The notes under the pieces: generated by a model
Told to the model about the DNA's origin: nothing
The model's input: the letters and a program-made list of their open reading frames with translations, nothing else
Database searches by the model: none
Made by a program: the position numbers and the translations under genes
Part shown: positions 1-13,210 of the stretch, in pieces
Numbering within the stretch: the first letter of the stretch is position 1
Layout of the letters: every line of letters starts with the position of its first letter
Source: Eledone cirrhosa
Taxonomy: Eukaryota
Assembly (NCBI GenBank): GCA_964016885.1
Contig: OZ024743.1
Span: forward strand, 177,878,001-177,942,000
Direction: 5' to 3'
Length of the DNA stretch: 64,000 nucleotides

Positions 1-3000
1 TCCAACTATCTATTATAACAGTTCCAACTATCTATTATAACAGTTCCAACTATCTATTATAACAGTTCCAACTATCTATTATAACAGTTCCATCTATCTA
101 TTATAACTGTTTCAACTATCTATTATAACAGTTCCAACTATCTATTATAACTGTTTCAACTATCTATTATAACAGTTCCAACTATCTATTATAACAGTTC
201 CAACTATCTATTATAACAGTTCCAACTATCTATTATAACAGTTCCAACTATCTATTATAACAGTTCCATCTATCTATTATAACTGTTTCAACTATCTATT
301 ATAACAGTTCCAACTATCTATTATAACAGTTCCAACTATCTATTATAACAGTTCCAACTATCTATTATAACAGTTCCAACTATCTATTATAACAGTTCCA
401 ACTATCTATTATAACAGTTCCAACTATCTATTATAACAGTTCCAACTATCTATTATAACAGTTCCATCTATCTATTATAACTGTTTCAACTATCTATTAT
501 AACAGTTCCAACTATCTATTATAACAGTTCCAACTATCTATTATAACAGTTCCAACTATCTATTATAACAGTTCCATCTATCTATTATAACAGTTCCAAC
601 TATCTATTATAACAGTTCCAACTATCTATTATAACAGTTCCATCTATCTATTATAACAGTTCCAACTATCTATTATAACAGTTCCATCTATCTATTATAA
701 CAGTTCCATCTATCTATTATAACAGTTCCATCTATCTATTATAACAGTTCCAACTATCTATTATAACAGTTCCATCTATCTATTATAACAGTTCCATCTA
801 TCTATTATAACAGTTTCAACTATCTATTATAACTGTTCCAACTATCTATTATAACAGTTCCAACTATCTATTATAACTGTTTCAGCTATCTATTATAACA
901 GTTCCAACTATCTATTATAACAGTTCCAACTATCTATTATAACAGTTCCAACTATCTATTATAACAGTTTCAACTATCTATTATAACAGTTTCAACTATC
1001 TATTATAACTGTTCCAACTATCTATTATAACAGTTCCAGCTATCTATTATAACAGTTCCATCTATCTATTATAACAGTTCCAACTATCTATTATAACTGT
1101 TTCAGCTATCTATTATAACAGTGTCATCTATCTATTATAACTGTTCCAACTATCTATTATAACAGTTCCAACTATCTATTATAACTGTGTCATCTATCTA
1201 TTATAACAGTTCCAACTATCTATTATAACTGTTCCAACTATCTATTATAACTGTTTCAGCTATCTATTATAACAGTGTCATCTATCTATTATAACTGTTC
1301 CAACTATCTATTATAACACTTCCATCTATCTATTATAACTGTTTCATCTATCTATTATAACAGTTCCATCTATCTATTATAACTGTTTCATCTATCTATT
1401 ATAACAGTTCCATCTATCTATTATAACAGTTCCAGCTATCTATTATAACAGTTCCAACTATCTATTATAACAGTTCCAGCTATCTATTATAACAGTTCCA
1501 TCTATCTATTATAACAGTTCCATCTATCTATTATAACAGTATCATCTATCTATTATAACAGTGTCATCTATCTATTATAACAGTTCCAACTATCTATTAT
1601 AACAGTTTCAACTATCTATTATAACTGTTCCAACTATCTATTATAACTGTTTCATCTATCTATTATAACAGTTCCAACTATCTATTATAACAGTTCCAAC
1701 TATCTATTATAACAGTTTCAACTATCTATTATAACTGTTCCAACTATCTATTATAACAGTTCCAACTATCTATTATAACAGTTCCAACTATCTATTATAA
1801 CAGTTCCAGCTACCTATTATAACTGTTCCAACTATCTATTATAACTGTTTCATCTATCTATTATAACAGTTCCAACTATCTATTATAACAGTTCCATCTA
1901 TCTATTATAACTGTTTCATCTATCTATTATAACAGTTCCAACTACCTATTATAACAGTTCCAACTATCTATTATAACTGTTTCAACTATCTATTATAACA
2001 GTTCCAGCTACCTATTATAACTGTTCCAACTATCTATTATAACAGTTCCAACTATCTATTATAACAGTTCCAGCTATCTATTATAACTGTTTCATCTATC
2101 TATTATAACAGTTCCAACTATCTATTATAACAGTGCCATCTATCTATTATAACAGTGTCATCTATCTATTATAACAGTTCCAGCTATCTATTATAACAGT
2201 GTCATCTATCTATTATAACAGTATCATCTATCTATTATAACAGTGTCATCTATCTATTATAACAGTGTCATCTATCTATTATAACAGTGTCAACTATCTA
2301 TTATAACAGTTCCAACTATCTATTATAACAGTTCCAACTATCTATTATAACAGTTCCATCTATCTATTATAACTGTTCCAACTATCTATTATAACAGTTC
2401 CAACTACCTATTATAACTGTTTCAACTATCTATTATAACAGTTCCAACTATCTATTATAACTGTTTCATCTATCTATTATAACAGTGCCATCTATCTATT
2501 ATAACAGTTCCATCTATCTATTATAACAGTTCCAACTATCTATTATAACAGTTCCAACTATCTATTATAACAGTTCCATCTATCTATTATAACTGTTCCA
2601 ACTATCTATTATAACAGTTCCAACTACCTATTATAACAGTTCCAACTATCTATTATAACAGTTCCAACTATCTATTATAACAGTTCCAACTATCTATTAT
2701 AACAGTTCCATCTATCTATTATAACAGTTCCAACTATCTATTATAACTGTTTCAACTATCTATTAATAACTGTTTCAACTATCTATTATAACAGTTCCAA
2801 CTATCTATTATAACAGTTCCATCTATCTATTATAACAGTTCCAACTATCTATTATAACTGTTTCAACTATCTATTAATAACTGTTTCAACTATCTATTAT
2901 AACAGTTCCAACTATCTATTATAACAGTTCCAACTATCTATTATAACAGTTCCAACTATCTATTATAACAGTTCCAACTATCTATTATAACTGTTCCAAC

Positions 3001-3195
3001 TATCTATTATAACAGTTCCAACTATCTATTATAACTGTTCCAGCTATCTATTATAACTGTTTCATCTATCTATTATAACAGTTTCATCTATCTATTATAA
3101 CAGTTCCATCTATCTATTATAACAGTTCCAACTATCTATTATAACTGTTCCAACTATCTATCATAACAGTTTCAACTATCTATTAATAACAGTTA
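1..3195. repeat. 22-bp tandem satellite (consensus TCCAACTATCTATTATAACAGT), roughly 145 copies, runs off the window start
   Basis: Direct 22-nt periodicity. Variants are confined to a few positions (CAGTT/CTGTT, TCCA/TTCA/GTCA, ACT/TCT/GCT). Confidence 0.98.
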
Positions 3196-3793
3196 CCATT
3201 CACAAATTAAAGTACAGACGAACTAAATTATTAGTTGCTGAGCGCCAGTCCAAGTGATCGGCATTGAGTTGTGCTGTTAACCACTAAACATGATGTCCAC
3301 AAGATCAAGCTACAGAGACTTACTCCAAAACCGAGTGGCTCAACAGTATAACATGTACAGTATTCTCTCTGTATTATCTACCCACTATATTCCATTATCT
3401 ATCATACAATACCGACTGTCACCCTCTTTTGGCTAAATTCCTATTCTCATTCTTATTCTTATTCATATTAACAAACTCATATTCTCTCCTTTTCCCACAT
3501 TACTCTTCTTTTTTCCTTTCTCTCGTCTCATACTTTTTTCTTCATTGTGTAAAAATTGCGGAGCAATAACAGCATAAAAACATTTTCTCATATCTAATTT
3601 ATATTTCTATACAAAAAAAAAAAAAGAGAACTATTGTATCTTTAGTTTTTCTATTAGCAATGCTTTGGGAAATGAATAATCCATTAATTTCTGTTAATCG
3701 TGTTTTACTTTATATAATTTATTTAAGAGATTAGGCAGAAAATCAGAATGTTTGTTTTATACCCTGTTAATGAGTGTTATTATTTTAATGACA

Positions 3794-3986
3794 GGGCAGT
3801 GGATTGGCAGTATAGGTAGAGAGTCAGACGCCATGCTTTCCAGCAAAGAGTTACGTCACTTTACGAAGTGAGTTCAAATCCCGCCGAGGTTAACTTTGCC
3901 TTTCATCCTTACGGGGTCGATAAAATAAAGTACCAGTAATGTACTGGGTAATTGCTGACCTTGTGCCAAACGCAGAAACAATTATT
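3794..3986 (+). mobile_element. tRNA-derived SINE with 16-bp target-site duplication
   Basis: A-box-like TGGCAGTATAGGTAG, B-box GAGTTCAAATCCC and core GCCTTTCATCCTTACGGGGTCGATAAAATAAAGTACCAG. Flanked by a direct repeat ATTATTTTAATGACAG. Many copies in the window. Confidence 0.9.
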
Positions 3987-4254
3987 TTAATGACAGTAGA
4001 TTTTAAATATTAGATTGTCGGATAAAATGGCATGCCTTATATGTTCCAGATGTTTACTCTGAGTTGAAATCTCCACGAGTTACACTTTCAGTTCTGAGTT
4101 AAAATCTCGCTGAGCTCAACTATGTCGATAAAATAAAGAACCAGTACCTTAAATTTGAAGTGTTATATCAACGTTGAAAACTATTATTAGTAGGGAGGGG
4201 ACGGTGACTCCAGAGAATCGGTGGGTGTAGTATGATCCTGTAACTCCTAATAGA

Positions 4255-4536
4255 CAGGGTTGAATTTAGCCCTTGAGGGGCCCGGGGCACTTCAGGTTGG
4301 ATGGCCCCGCATACACAAAAAATTAGAATACACAGCAAGCACACCAAGTTTACATATCAAAGTCAGCTTGGTGCAAGTAATTGGAATTGAAAAGTTATAC
4401 ATACAGGTATTGAATTAAACAATTCAAATCATCCTAAAACTAAAGAACCCAGTTGAGGGCACAAATAAATTGCTACCCTCCCACTGTAAGGGACCCGGGG
4501 AAATTGCCCCCTTTGTCCCCATTAAATCCGGCCCTG
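4255..4536. mobile_element. MITE, hAT-like non-autonomous DNA transposon
   Basis: Terminal inverted repeats CAGGGTTGAATTTA / TAAATCCGGCCCTG. Degenerate 8-bp flanks CTAATAGA / CTGTTGGA. Confidence 0.6.
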
Positions 4537-4734
4537 CTGTTGGAGTTGCAGGGGGCACCATATGGACATATTGTGGTCCTTGGGTACTTTAATCCTGGTC
4601 GAGCATATCTTCTTTCCAGGTCTAAACACAGCAGATTTCTTCCAGAGAAGGATAGAAAGTGAGAGAGAGGAAATGAGAACAAGAAAGGAAGTGAGAGAGA
4701 GAGAGAGTGAAAGTGAGAAAGAGTTAAAGAGGAG

Positions 4735-4890
4735 TAATCGACCCCAGTAGAAGGCTGGTACTTTTTTAACGACCTCTAAAGGAGGAAAGGCAAAGTTGAC
4801 CTCGGTGGGATTGAACTCACAGAGCCAAACAAACAGAACAGCGAAAGCCACACTATCCGTAATAGAAACGTATCTGCCAATTCGCCACCT
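4735..4890 (-). mobile_element. Diverged SINE copy
   Basis: Reverse-complement SINE core CTGGTACTTTTT...AAGGCAAAGTTGACCTCGG..GGATT-GAACTCA. Confidence 0.75.
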
Positions 4891-5654
4891 TAATCGGTAG
4901 AGTGCTGCACAAATATCTTGGTATATTAGGTTAGGTGTCTTAACATTTTGAGAGCGAATACAATCGAGATTTACTTTGTTATTATCGATTCTGGGTCGAT
5001 GAAATAGAAACCTAATCAAGTATAAAATCGATATAACAAACGTTTCCATCCGTGACATTTGCGCCATATTTACCTTTGTAACAAAATATTTTTCAGTACA
5101 TTGTAAGAAGCGATACCGAATACGACCAAAGGATTTTCAAAATATACTGAAACGTTAGTTCTTGTCTGATGACCCTGTGATAAATAGGCGAAATTCCACA
5201 ATGGTCACCTAAGATAAATATAAATAAATATACACAGGTACAATAACAACAACCACACATAAACACACACTGGTGAGCAAAGATATAATACAAACACACA
5301 CAGACTCAGACTCGAACACACACCAAACAGAAAACACACATACAAACGCATGTGCAAATAGAGACAAGAATAAATAAAAAAATAGAATAGACATTACAAT
5401 ATAACGGAAGAAAACATAATAGTACCACTGATGATGTCACAGGTGTGTCATGAAAGAACTTTGATAGACTATATATATATTCATATCTATAATTTTAACT
5501 GTTGATTAATCAATGATAAACATTGATTGCCAGCTAATTAACTATGGGGATATGAAATATACAGAAACGAAAACCAATCCAAACCAAACAGTGAGTGGGT
5601 TTTATTATTATTTCTAGCAATATTATAACAATATGACCCTTCCCAAATATAACA

Positions 5655-5657
<3 letters not shown>
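4890..5657 (+). mobile_element. 3' remnant / pseudo-LTR of a PLE related to the 18.8-22.8 kb element; ends in (TA)n
   Basis: 5560-5657 matches 22660-22755 (AAACAGTGAGT...AATATGACCCT.CCCAA.TATAACA). Contains an HHR motif at 5423-5466. Left boundary approximate. Confidence 0.7.
5423..5466 (+). ncRNA. Minimal Type I hammerhead ribozyme motif
   Basis: tacca-CTGATGA-tgtcac(aggt)gtgtcat-GAAA-gaac-TT-tgata. Stems imperfect. Homologous to the cleaner copy at 63194-63238. Confidence 0.6.
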
Positions 5658-5737
<80 letters not shown>

Positions 5738-6231
5738 GAAATACGCACACATATTCATATGTATGTGGTGTCCGCTTTAACAAGTGTTGCTCCATGACCG
5801 AAAGAGCCAAAATAACTAAAATAATTAAATTAACTCCATAATCAGAGCTATTTATCAAATTACAAAATCTGAGGAAATAATAGATAAAAATAAACCTATT
5901 TTTTCTTCTAAGTCGCGACTGCAGTTTCACCGATCCATTGTGCACCGAATTCTGCACTATAAAAGTGCATCATCGCTGTGAGGTTGATAAGGCTTATCAA
6001 GAGAACCCTCAGAAAAAGGACTGTTTCTTGACGCGTTCTTAGCAAGTGCGAAAGTTTCATAGGCGGAGGGAGAGATTAACACATAATACAGTGGTAAAAA
6101 AGGACTGTTTCTTTCGTAGCAATTGAGTATTTCTTGATAGGCGGGGAGAGGAATCGGAAAAACTGCAGTCGGGACTTTGAAGAAAAAGTAGGTATATTTT
6201 TGTCTATTATTTCCTCATATTTTGTAATTTG

Positions 6232-6279
<48 letters not shown>

Positions 6280-6313
6280 CACACACACACGACACACACA
6301 CACACACACACAC

Positions 6314-6390
<77 letters not shown>

Positions 6391-6414
6391 TTATTTATTA
6401 AAATAACAGATTAA

Positions 6415-6465
6415 AGTTTAAGCAAAGAATCGCTGCTTTCACCCTTAACTGGATCTTCTAAAACT
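6415..6465 (-). ncRNA. HHR-like motif, CAGAAGA family (this copy TAGAAGA)
   Basis: Minus strand agttt-TAGAAGA-tccagttaagggt-GAAA-gca(gcgattctt)tgc-TT-aaact. Homologous to 12198-12248 and 49089-49189. Confidence 0.5.
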
Positions 6466-7702
6466 AAAAAAATCAATCTGTGAACGCAGAAGTAAATATT
6501 TCGAAAAACATCGCAACCCAAGGAAAACAGGAAGACGATACTTTGGTTCGTGAAGACGTTCCCTGGCAATGAACGGAATATTAATTTAATATTAATTTAT
6601 CAAATAGAGTTTTCGAGTCATTTACCGGGGTGATTTCCTAAGTTTTTACTTAACGGCATGTGAGACCTAAATGTATACTTTTGTTTTTGTTTTTTAATTT
6701 CCGGTTGATTCTATTTATTTATTTTATTTTATTTTATTTTATTTGTAATACTACTGTGCATTCTATTTACTGTCTGGCCCTTACTCACTCATCCACATAT
6801 ATGTCTGTTTACCAACCTTGTAATTATAAGTAATTATATATTATATTATGTTAATTATTTTATATTGTATTTGTTATTGTACTATCGATCCTTATTACTT
6901 ACCGTTGATTATATGTAACATTGTGACATGTTAAACTTTATATATCATGTAAGATGTTTATATTTTTGTACCATCATAAATTTGGGGTATTGTACAATTT
7001 ATTTTTCCTCACCTACTCTGTAACTCTATATGAATTGATTTGTTAACTTGAATGCCATTATATATTGTATATTATATATGTTATTATATTATTATTATAG
7101 TATTATTGTGACATCTATATTGTTTGTGTAAATTAACCGGAGATTATCTATTCTATTATATTATATTATATTATATAGTATATAATTGTATAGTTTATTA
7201 TATATTATATGTGCTACTTATAATAATATCATATTATTACCTCATGTATATTGGGTATATGTATTATTATTATTATTATTTTTATTCCTATTATGCTTAT
7301 TTATATTTAAACTCTTAATAAGGTTTAATTTGTGCTGTTGAAGATGGATATGTGTATTGATGTATGTGTATATGTGCGTACTTGTGCGTACATATATACA
7401 TATGTATATTGTACCTTTTGATTTTTATTGTAATTTTAATATTGGTAAAAGTATATTATATTATATTATATTATATTGTATTATATATAATTCCTGCTCT
7501 ATATAACCACCTTTGTTTAGCTCTAGGCTTTTTTTGCTTTGGACTATATTTGTAATATGGTTCTAAATGTTATACACCTCCTTAGTTATTTTTATTATAT
7601 ATTTTTTACCCATAATCTTGCAATACTTTAGTGTATGTACACTCCATATTCTTCGGAGTTTCCGGCTTGTATTGGCCGATAATACTTCTTGTTGTTTTAA
7701 TT

Positions 7703-7740
7703 GCCCTGATGAGTCCTTAATAGGACGAAAGATTGTTGGC
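7703..7740 (+). ncRNA. Minimal Type I hammerhead motif at the end of an AT-rich PLE-like 3' UTR (about 6660-7790)
   Basis: gcc-CTGATGA-gtcct(taat)aggac-GAAA-gattg-TT-ggc, then AATAAA at 7742 and (TA)n. Stem III is decayed. Confidence 0.7.
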
Positions 7741-7785
7741 TAATAAAGACTTTTGATGTATTGAATGCTTCTTTGTTTTACTTTC

Positions 7786-7839
<54 letters not shown>

Positions 7840-7994
7840 TTGGAGCTCTGAAATAGCAATATATATATGGATGTATATATAATGTATTTTGCAATACACT
7901 TTATGCTTAATTAAAAGCATTTTGAAGACCGTAAGCTATTGTTTTAAAGTAGTGACAAATTCACTCACTTTGATCTCAGCAAATAGGGGAGATA

Positions 7995-8038
7995 AGCCGA
8001 CAATACTTGTTTCGCTTTGGTTGAAGCTTATCAAGGCC
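7995..8038 (-). ncRNA. Type I hammerhead, U3-A8 core variant (unit 1)
   Basis: Minus strand ggcc-TTGATAA-gctt(caacca)aagc-GAAA-caa(gta)ttg-TC-ggct. GUC triplet; predicted cut between 7999 and 7998. Confidence 0.8.
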
Positions 8039-8310
8039 AACTACCCCACCTGTTTGCTGAGATCATTGATGTTATATTCTTATAGAAATCTAGTAAATAA
8101 TCAGGAGCTGATTATGCAGAGCGGTTGTTGGTCAGGCAGAAATTAAAAATTAGAATTGGAGCTCTGAAATAGCAATATATATATGGATGTATATATAATG
8201 TATTTTGCAATACACTTTATGCTTAATTAAAAGCATTTTGAAGACCGTAAGCTATTGTTTTAAAGTAGTGACAAATTCACTCACTTTGATCTCAGCAAAC
8301 AGGGGAGATA

Positions 8311-8354
8311 AGCCGACAAGACTTGTTTCGCTTTGGTTGAAGCTTATCAAGGCC
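8311..8354 (-). ncRNA. Type I hammerhead, U3-A8 core variant (unit 2)
   Basis: Same fold as unit 1 with stem III loop gtc. Nested in a 17-bp inverted repeat TGATCTCAGCAAACAGG / CCTGTTTGCTGAGATCA. Confidence 0.8.
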
Positions 8355-8668
8355 AACTACCCCACCTGTTTGCTGAGATCATTGATGTTATATTCTTATA
8401 GAAATCTAGTAAATAATCAGGAGCTGATTATGCAGAGCGGTTGTTGGTCAAGCAGAAATTAAAAATTAGAATTGGAGCTCTGAAATAGCAATATATATAT
8501 ATGGATGTATATATAATGTATTTTGAAATACACTTTATGCTTAATTAAAAGCATTTTGAAGACCGTAAGCTATTGTTTTAAAGTAGTGACAAGTTCACTC
8601 ACTTTGATCTCAGCAAACAGGGGAGATAAGCCGACAAGACTTGTTTCGCTTTGGTTGAAGCGTGTGTG

Positions 8669-8721
<53 letters not shown>

Positions 8722-9544
8722 TGTGTGTGAGAGAGAGGGTAGCAGAGCTCACGTCATTTCAATACACGTGTATTAACGCATACACTCGTACACTCACGCA
8801 TACACATAAAACAACATACACGCCATTAAGAATACACACACTTCAACGAACACACAAATATACGAATACATACACACTAGACGCACCACACCCCCATTTT
8901 ACACAAAGACACACTTCACCAACACATATACCCACACAGATACACATCCCACACCATCACTAACACAGACACACCACACCAACACACAGCACACACAGAC
9001 ACACAGCGCACACTATCACTAAAATAGCCACACCACACCAACATACAGACGCACACCACACATCATCACTAACACAGCAATACACAGATACACACAACAA
9101 ACATAAACAAACCACCGACGCATTTCCCCTGAAACTGATCTGCAAAGACAATCCTTTGAATTCTTCACATCTCTTAAATTCTGCCAGCTAACACTTTCAA
9201 TTGACACCGCAGGTTTTACCAATAATTAGATACACACGCCCATCTAACAGCCATTACTTGGTTGGACATAGTTCAGTCTTCATCTTTAATTAGAGACACA
9301 GAACCACTAGCACCAGCATCATCATAGCAATCACCACCAGCACCACAACAACCACCGTTACCACTACGACCACCACCACGACCACCACACCACGAACACC
9401 ACCACCACCACCACCACACCACGAACACCATCACCACCATCACCATCACCACCACCACCATCAGCACCACTATCACCACCACCACCCCACTATCACTATC
9501 ACCACCACCACAACACCACGAAACACATGCCTGAACGTACACAG

Positions 9545-9575
<31 letters not shown>

Positions 9576-9949
9576 TAAAGACATCAACTGGCACACTCAC
9601 AAAATGAAGCACATCTACACACACAAAGCGCAACACCGGTGAATACTATGTTTGAAAGTGGAATTTTACAGTACAATCAAAAAAATAATTAAACGAATCA
9701 ACTTAAAGATTATTTTAAAACAATTAAAAATTTATCAAAAATAAATCTACAAAAAAAAAACAATTAAAAACTATTAAAAAATCTATTAAAATCCTACCGA
9801 AATACCGTATCAATATGTAGCAGCCCAAATGGACTGTATATTAATAGAAAAAAAATGATAAACCGTAACGCTTTCTGGGACTTTATTTCATCGACCCTGT
9901 TTGGATGAAAGCCAAAGGTATTCTCTGAAGGATGTGGAAATATTAATGA

Positions 9950-10165
9950 TTTCTGATTTAAGCACCAGACCAATAATTTTGGTGGAGGAGAAAGTCAATT
10001 AAATCGACCACAGTGCGTTACTGGTACTTTATTTTATCGATCCAGTAAAGATGAAAAGCATAGCTAACCTCGGTATGATTTGAACTCAGAACGTAAAAGT
10101 CCGTAACTCTAAGCTGCGAAGCATGATGTCCGACGCTCTACCGATACTACTAATCTAGCACCCTT
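9950..10165 (-). mobile_element. SINE copy
   Basis: CTGGTACTTTATTTTATCGA...GATTTGAACTCAGA...CTCTACCGATACT. Confidence 0.8.
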
Positions 10166-10894
10166 TTGCATTACACTAATATCGTTCTACTATAGAAACG
10201 TACTTCAAGTACACGTACGCTATCTGTTTTCCTTAATTTAAGCAAGATGTCTTTACATCGGTTTACACAACGTTCTCAACATAATCTGAAGTTGGTTAGA
10301 TAGTTTTCTCCACATCAGACTCTCACGAGTTCATCCAATACCCAAAACGACATTACTACTACACAATTATTTTTCTCAGCTAGGTTAATAACTTTGAGTT
10401 CAAATAATGGTGTGCATATTTTTATTAATGTTATTTCAGCGAGGTGGGAATTCTTGCACAGAATGATGGTAAAATTTCAACCCTACACTTTTATTCACCG
10501 CGAGCTATACGAGAGCTGATTTTAATGATCTTCTGATCTGACTTTGAAGTAACATATTTAATTTTTCTGTTCTCTTTTTTTTTTATTTCCGTGTCAAATT
10601 CTTCCATTTAATCTTTTTTTTTCTCATCTATTTTTCCAAAGTATAAACAGACATTTTAAGCTACGGATAAAACATATATATATATATATATATCGTTATG
10701 AGATATGACTGTAATACAGTCCTACGCATCTCTGAAACAGAGGGGAATGTTTAACAGCTGGGTGTCCAATTAAATTTGATATGAAGGCAGGAGGGAATCG
10801 AAATTTTGTTATGTTGTGAAACAAGAACAACGCGTCAACGAAAAACAAGTAGATTAATAAAGCTTTATCTAAAATATTAATATGAAACCAATAG

Positions 10895-11075
10895 TAATAA
10901 TTGTTTCTACTTTTGGCACAAGGCCATCAATTACCAGTACATTACTGGTACTTTATTTTATCTACACCCTAAAGATGAAAGTCAAAGTTAACGTTGGCGG
11001 AATTTGAACTCAGACCGTAAAGGGACGTAACTATGTTGGAAATCATGGCCTCCGACCTTCTACTGATACTGCCAA
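10895..11075 (-). mobile_element. SINE copy with TSD
   Basis: SINE core on the minus strand, flanked by direct repeat CCAATAGTAATAAT. Confidence 0.85.
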
Positions 11076-11217
11076 TAGTAATAATATACCATTAATGCTT
11101 CTGAACCTAGCTGCGTTGTATCTCTTATCTATGTTTATATCTGAAAACAATACGCGCATTCAAAAATATAGTGTACTTGCTTGTTTGCATATATATATAT
11201 ATATATGTTAACCATTT

Positions 11218-11251
<34 letters not shown>

Positions 11252-11475
11252 AAAAAAGAGAGATATACTCACTCTTGAAACAACTGTAGGTTGTTTCTCA
11301 TTGCTACCGCTGAAACAAAAGGATGATTAGAACACATGACATACAAACAAATCGAGTATTAGTAATATTATTATGACTTTGCCTTTCATCCTTACGGGGT
11401 CGATAAAATAAAGTACCAGTAATGCAGTGGGTAATTGCTGGCCTTGGGCCTTAAGTAGAAACAATTATTATATTA

Positions 11476-12654
11476 CTAGCAGTGTATCCACGCGTTGCAC
11501 GGGAAAGAACATTGGTAATAGCACTTCCAATGAGAAACGTTTATTTGTGAGTGCCTGTTAAAAACTCACGAAAATATACCGACAGGAAACTTGTTTTATT
11601 TGGAGAAAATTAAGAAGTTGAAAGTGCAGTTTAGCTGTCTACGTGCATTGTTCATAGAAATATTGTTGAGCCCCTACTTTTGATACACCTCTGTTTTAGC
11701 CTTTTTGATTAAATGTGAAAGAGAAAGTCACAGGTTAAGTTGGCAGAAGGTTCCTGTGTCATAGCAGTAAGGCGTAGGCTACTTACCTCAAAAGTTCAAT
11801 CGGACACTTTCCACTAAGTTTCTCTTTCTCTCTATCCCACTCGGTGCAGTCCCTTGCGAATTTCTTGCGTAGGCCTGGTGTAGATTTGCACCCGATCCAT
11901 CTGCCCGATGCACATGTCCGCTTTGTACGGCTTTTGGAGGAAGGAGTGACCAGCAGTACGTTGTTCAGTATTATTACGAAATTGTGTAGCAGAGAATCCC
12001 GCGCGAACTAACAGCTCGGGAGGAAACTGCTTACCTCGAAGATTCATTCGCCATCGTTCTTTTCAACGCTCCGTTTAGTTTGTATTTGTTGGTCTACAGT
12101 TAGATGAATGGTGCACAAAGGGTTAATGTTTATTGGCTAGAAGTGGCAACTGGACTGGCTTGCCTCGCTTATATTATATATTAAAATAACAGATTAAAGT
12201 TCAAGCAAAGAATCGCTGCTTTCACCCTTATTGGGATCTTCTGAAACTAAAAAAATCAATCTGTGAATGCAGAAGTAAATATTTCGAAAAACGTTGCAAC
12301 CGAAGGAAAACGGCTAGATGATACTTTGGTTCGTGAAGACGTTCCCTGGCAATGAACGGAAAAAACCGAACGTAATACGTCAGCAATGACGTGTTTGTAA
12401 TAACGTCGTAATGCAGACAAGCAGACATGCAGACAGATATTATAAGGGCTCGACGTAGATAGATAACCGGCGCCTAACACCCCTTTAACAACAGAAAATC
12501 GAAAAATAAAAGCTGCAGTTAATATCTTTAGACCACAAGAAATATATAAATGCAAGTTTGAAGTCAATCGGAGTAGAAATGTGGATTTGTATAGACTTTG
12601 CAAAAATGGGGGGACACACACAGACAACTACAGTTTTATATATATATGTATAGA
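11476..12654 (-). mobile_element. Non-autonomous Helitron, interrupted by a PLE pseudo-LTR piece at about 12180-12380
   Basis: Minus strand starts TCTATA and ends with subterminal hairpin CCCGTGCAACGCGTGG followed by CTAG. Sits between A and T. Second copy at 34757-38072. Confidence 0.75.
12198..12248 (-). ncRNA. HHR-like motif with CAGAAGA core
   Basis: agttt-CAGAAGA-tccc(aataa)gggt-GAAA-gca(gcgattctt)tgc-TT-gaact. Confidence 0.6.
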
Positions 12655-12664
12655 TAATTATACA

Positions 12665-12860
12665 CTGAGTGGTTAGAGAATTGGATTCACAATCTTGAGG
12701 TTGTGAGTTCGATTCCTGGACCGGGCGATGCGTTATGTCCTTGAGCAAGACACTTTATTTCACGTTGCTCCTTCTACCTGGAGTTGCAACAGATAGATAG
12801 TACTAGCAACTGGAAAGACCGCCGGAAACATTCTTTCCTCGGTCCGATTTGACGAAAGTC
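12665..12860 (+). mobile_element. Second tRNA-derived SINE family, partial
   Basis: GAGTGGTTAGAG...GAGTTCGATTCC...GTCCTTGAGCAAGACACTTTATTTCACGTTGCT. Related copy at about 29075-29345. Confidence 0.65.
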
Positions 12861-13123
12861 AATCGATCCTTATATATATATACACATTATTGTTATATTT
12901 CGGGAGGGTCATGTTGCCAGTATTCCCAATAGAAAGAAACGCACACACCATATAATTTTCATTTTATCTTTATTGTTCGTTATTCATTTGTTATATATAT
13001 TTTTCTCATATTTATGAGTATATAGTATATATATGTGTAGTGTATATGTATGTATATTTATGTATGTTTAAGATAGTTATCAATGGTGAATAGACTGGTT
13101 GGGGCAATAACGGTCTTATTTAC

Positions 13124-13210
<87 letters not shown>

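Larger units (their letters stand above)
7834..8661 (-). mobile_element. 316-bp tandem repeat (about 2.6 units), one hammerhead per unit: candidate non-LTR retrozyme
   Basis: Units start at 7834, 8150 and 8466 and are near-identical. Bounded by (TA)n and (GT)n. No credible ORF. Confidence 0.8.

Noticed and set aside
1-3195. CRISPR-like regular repeats
   Set aside because: Head-to-tail repeats with no unique spacers, in a eukaryotic context.
5985-6070. TTGATAA-ggc-TTATCAA palindrome with a downstream GAAA
   Set aside because: No consistent stems I-III for a hammerhead.
7889-8462. Duplicated 85-aa ORFs
   Set aside because: TTG starts, antisense to the HHR, and a by-product of the 316-bp repeat.
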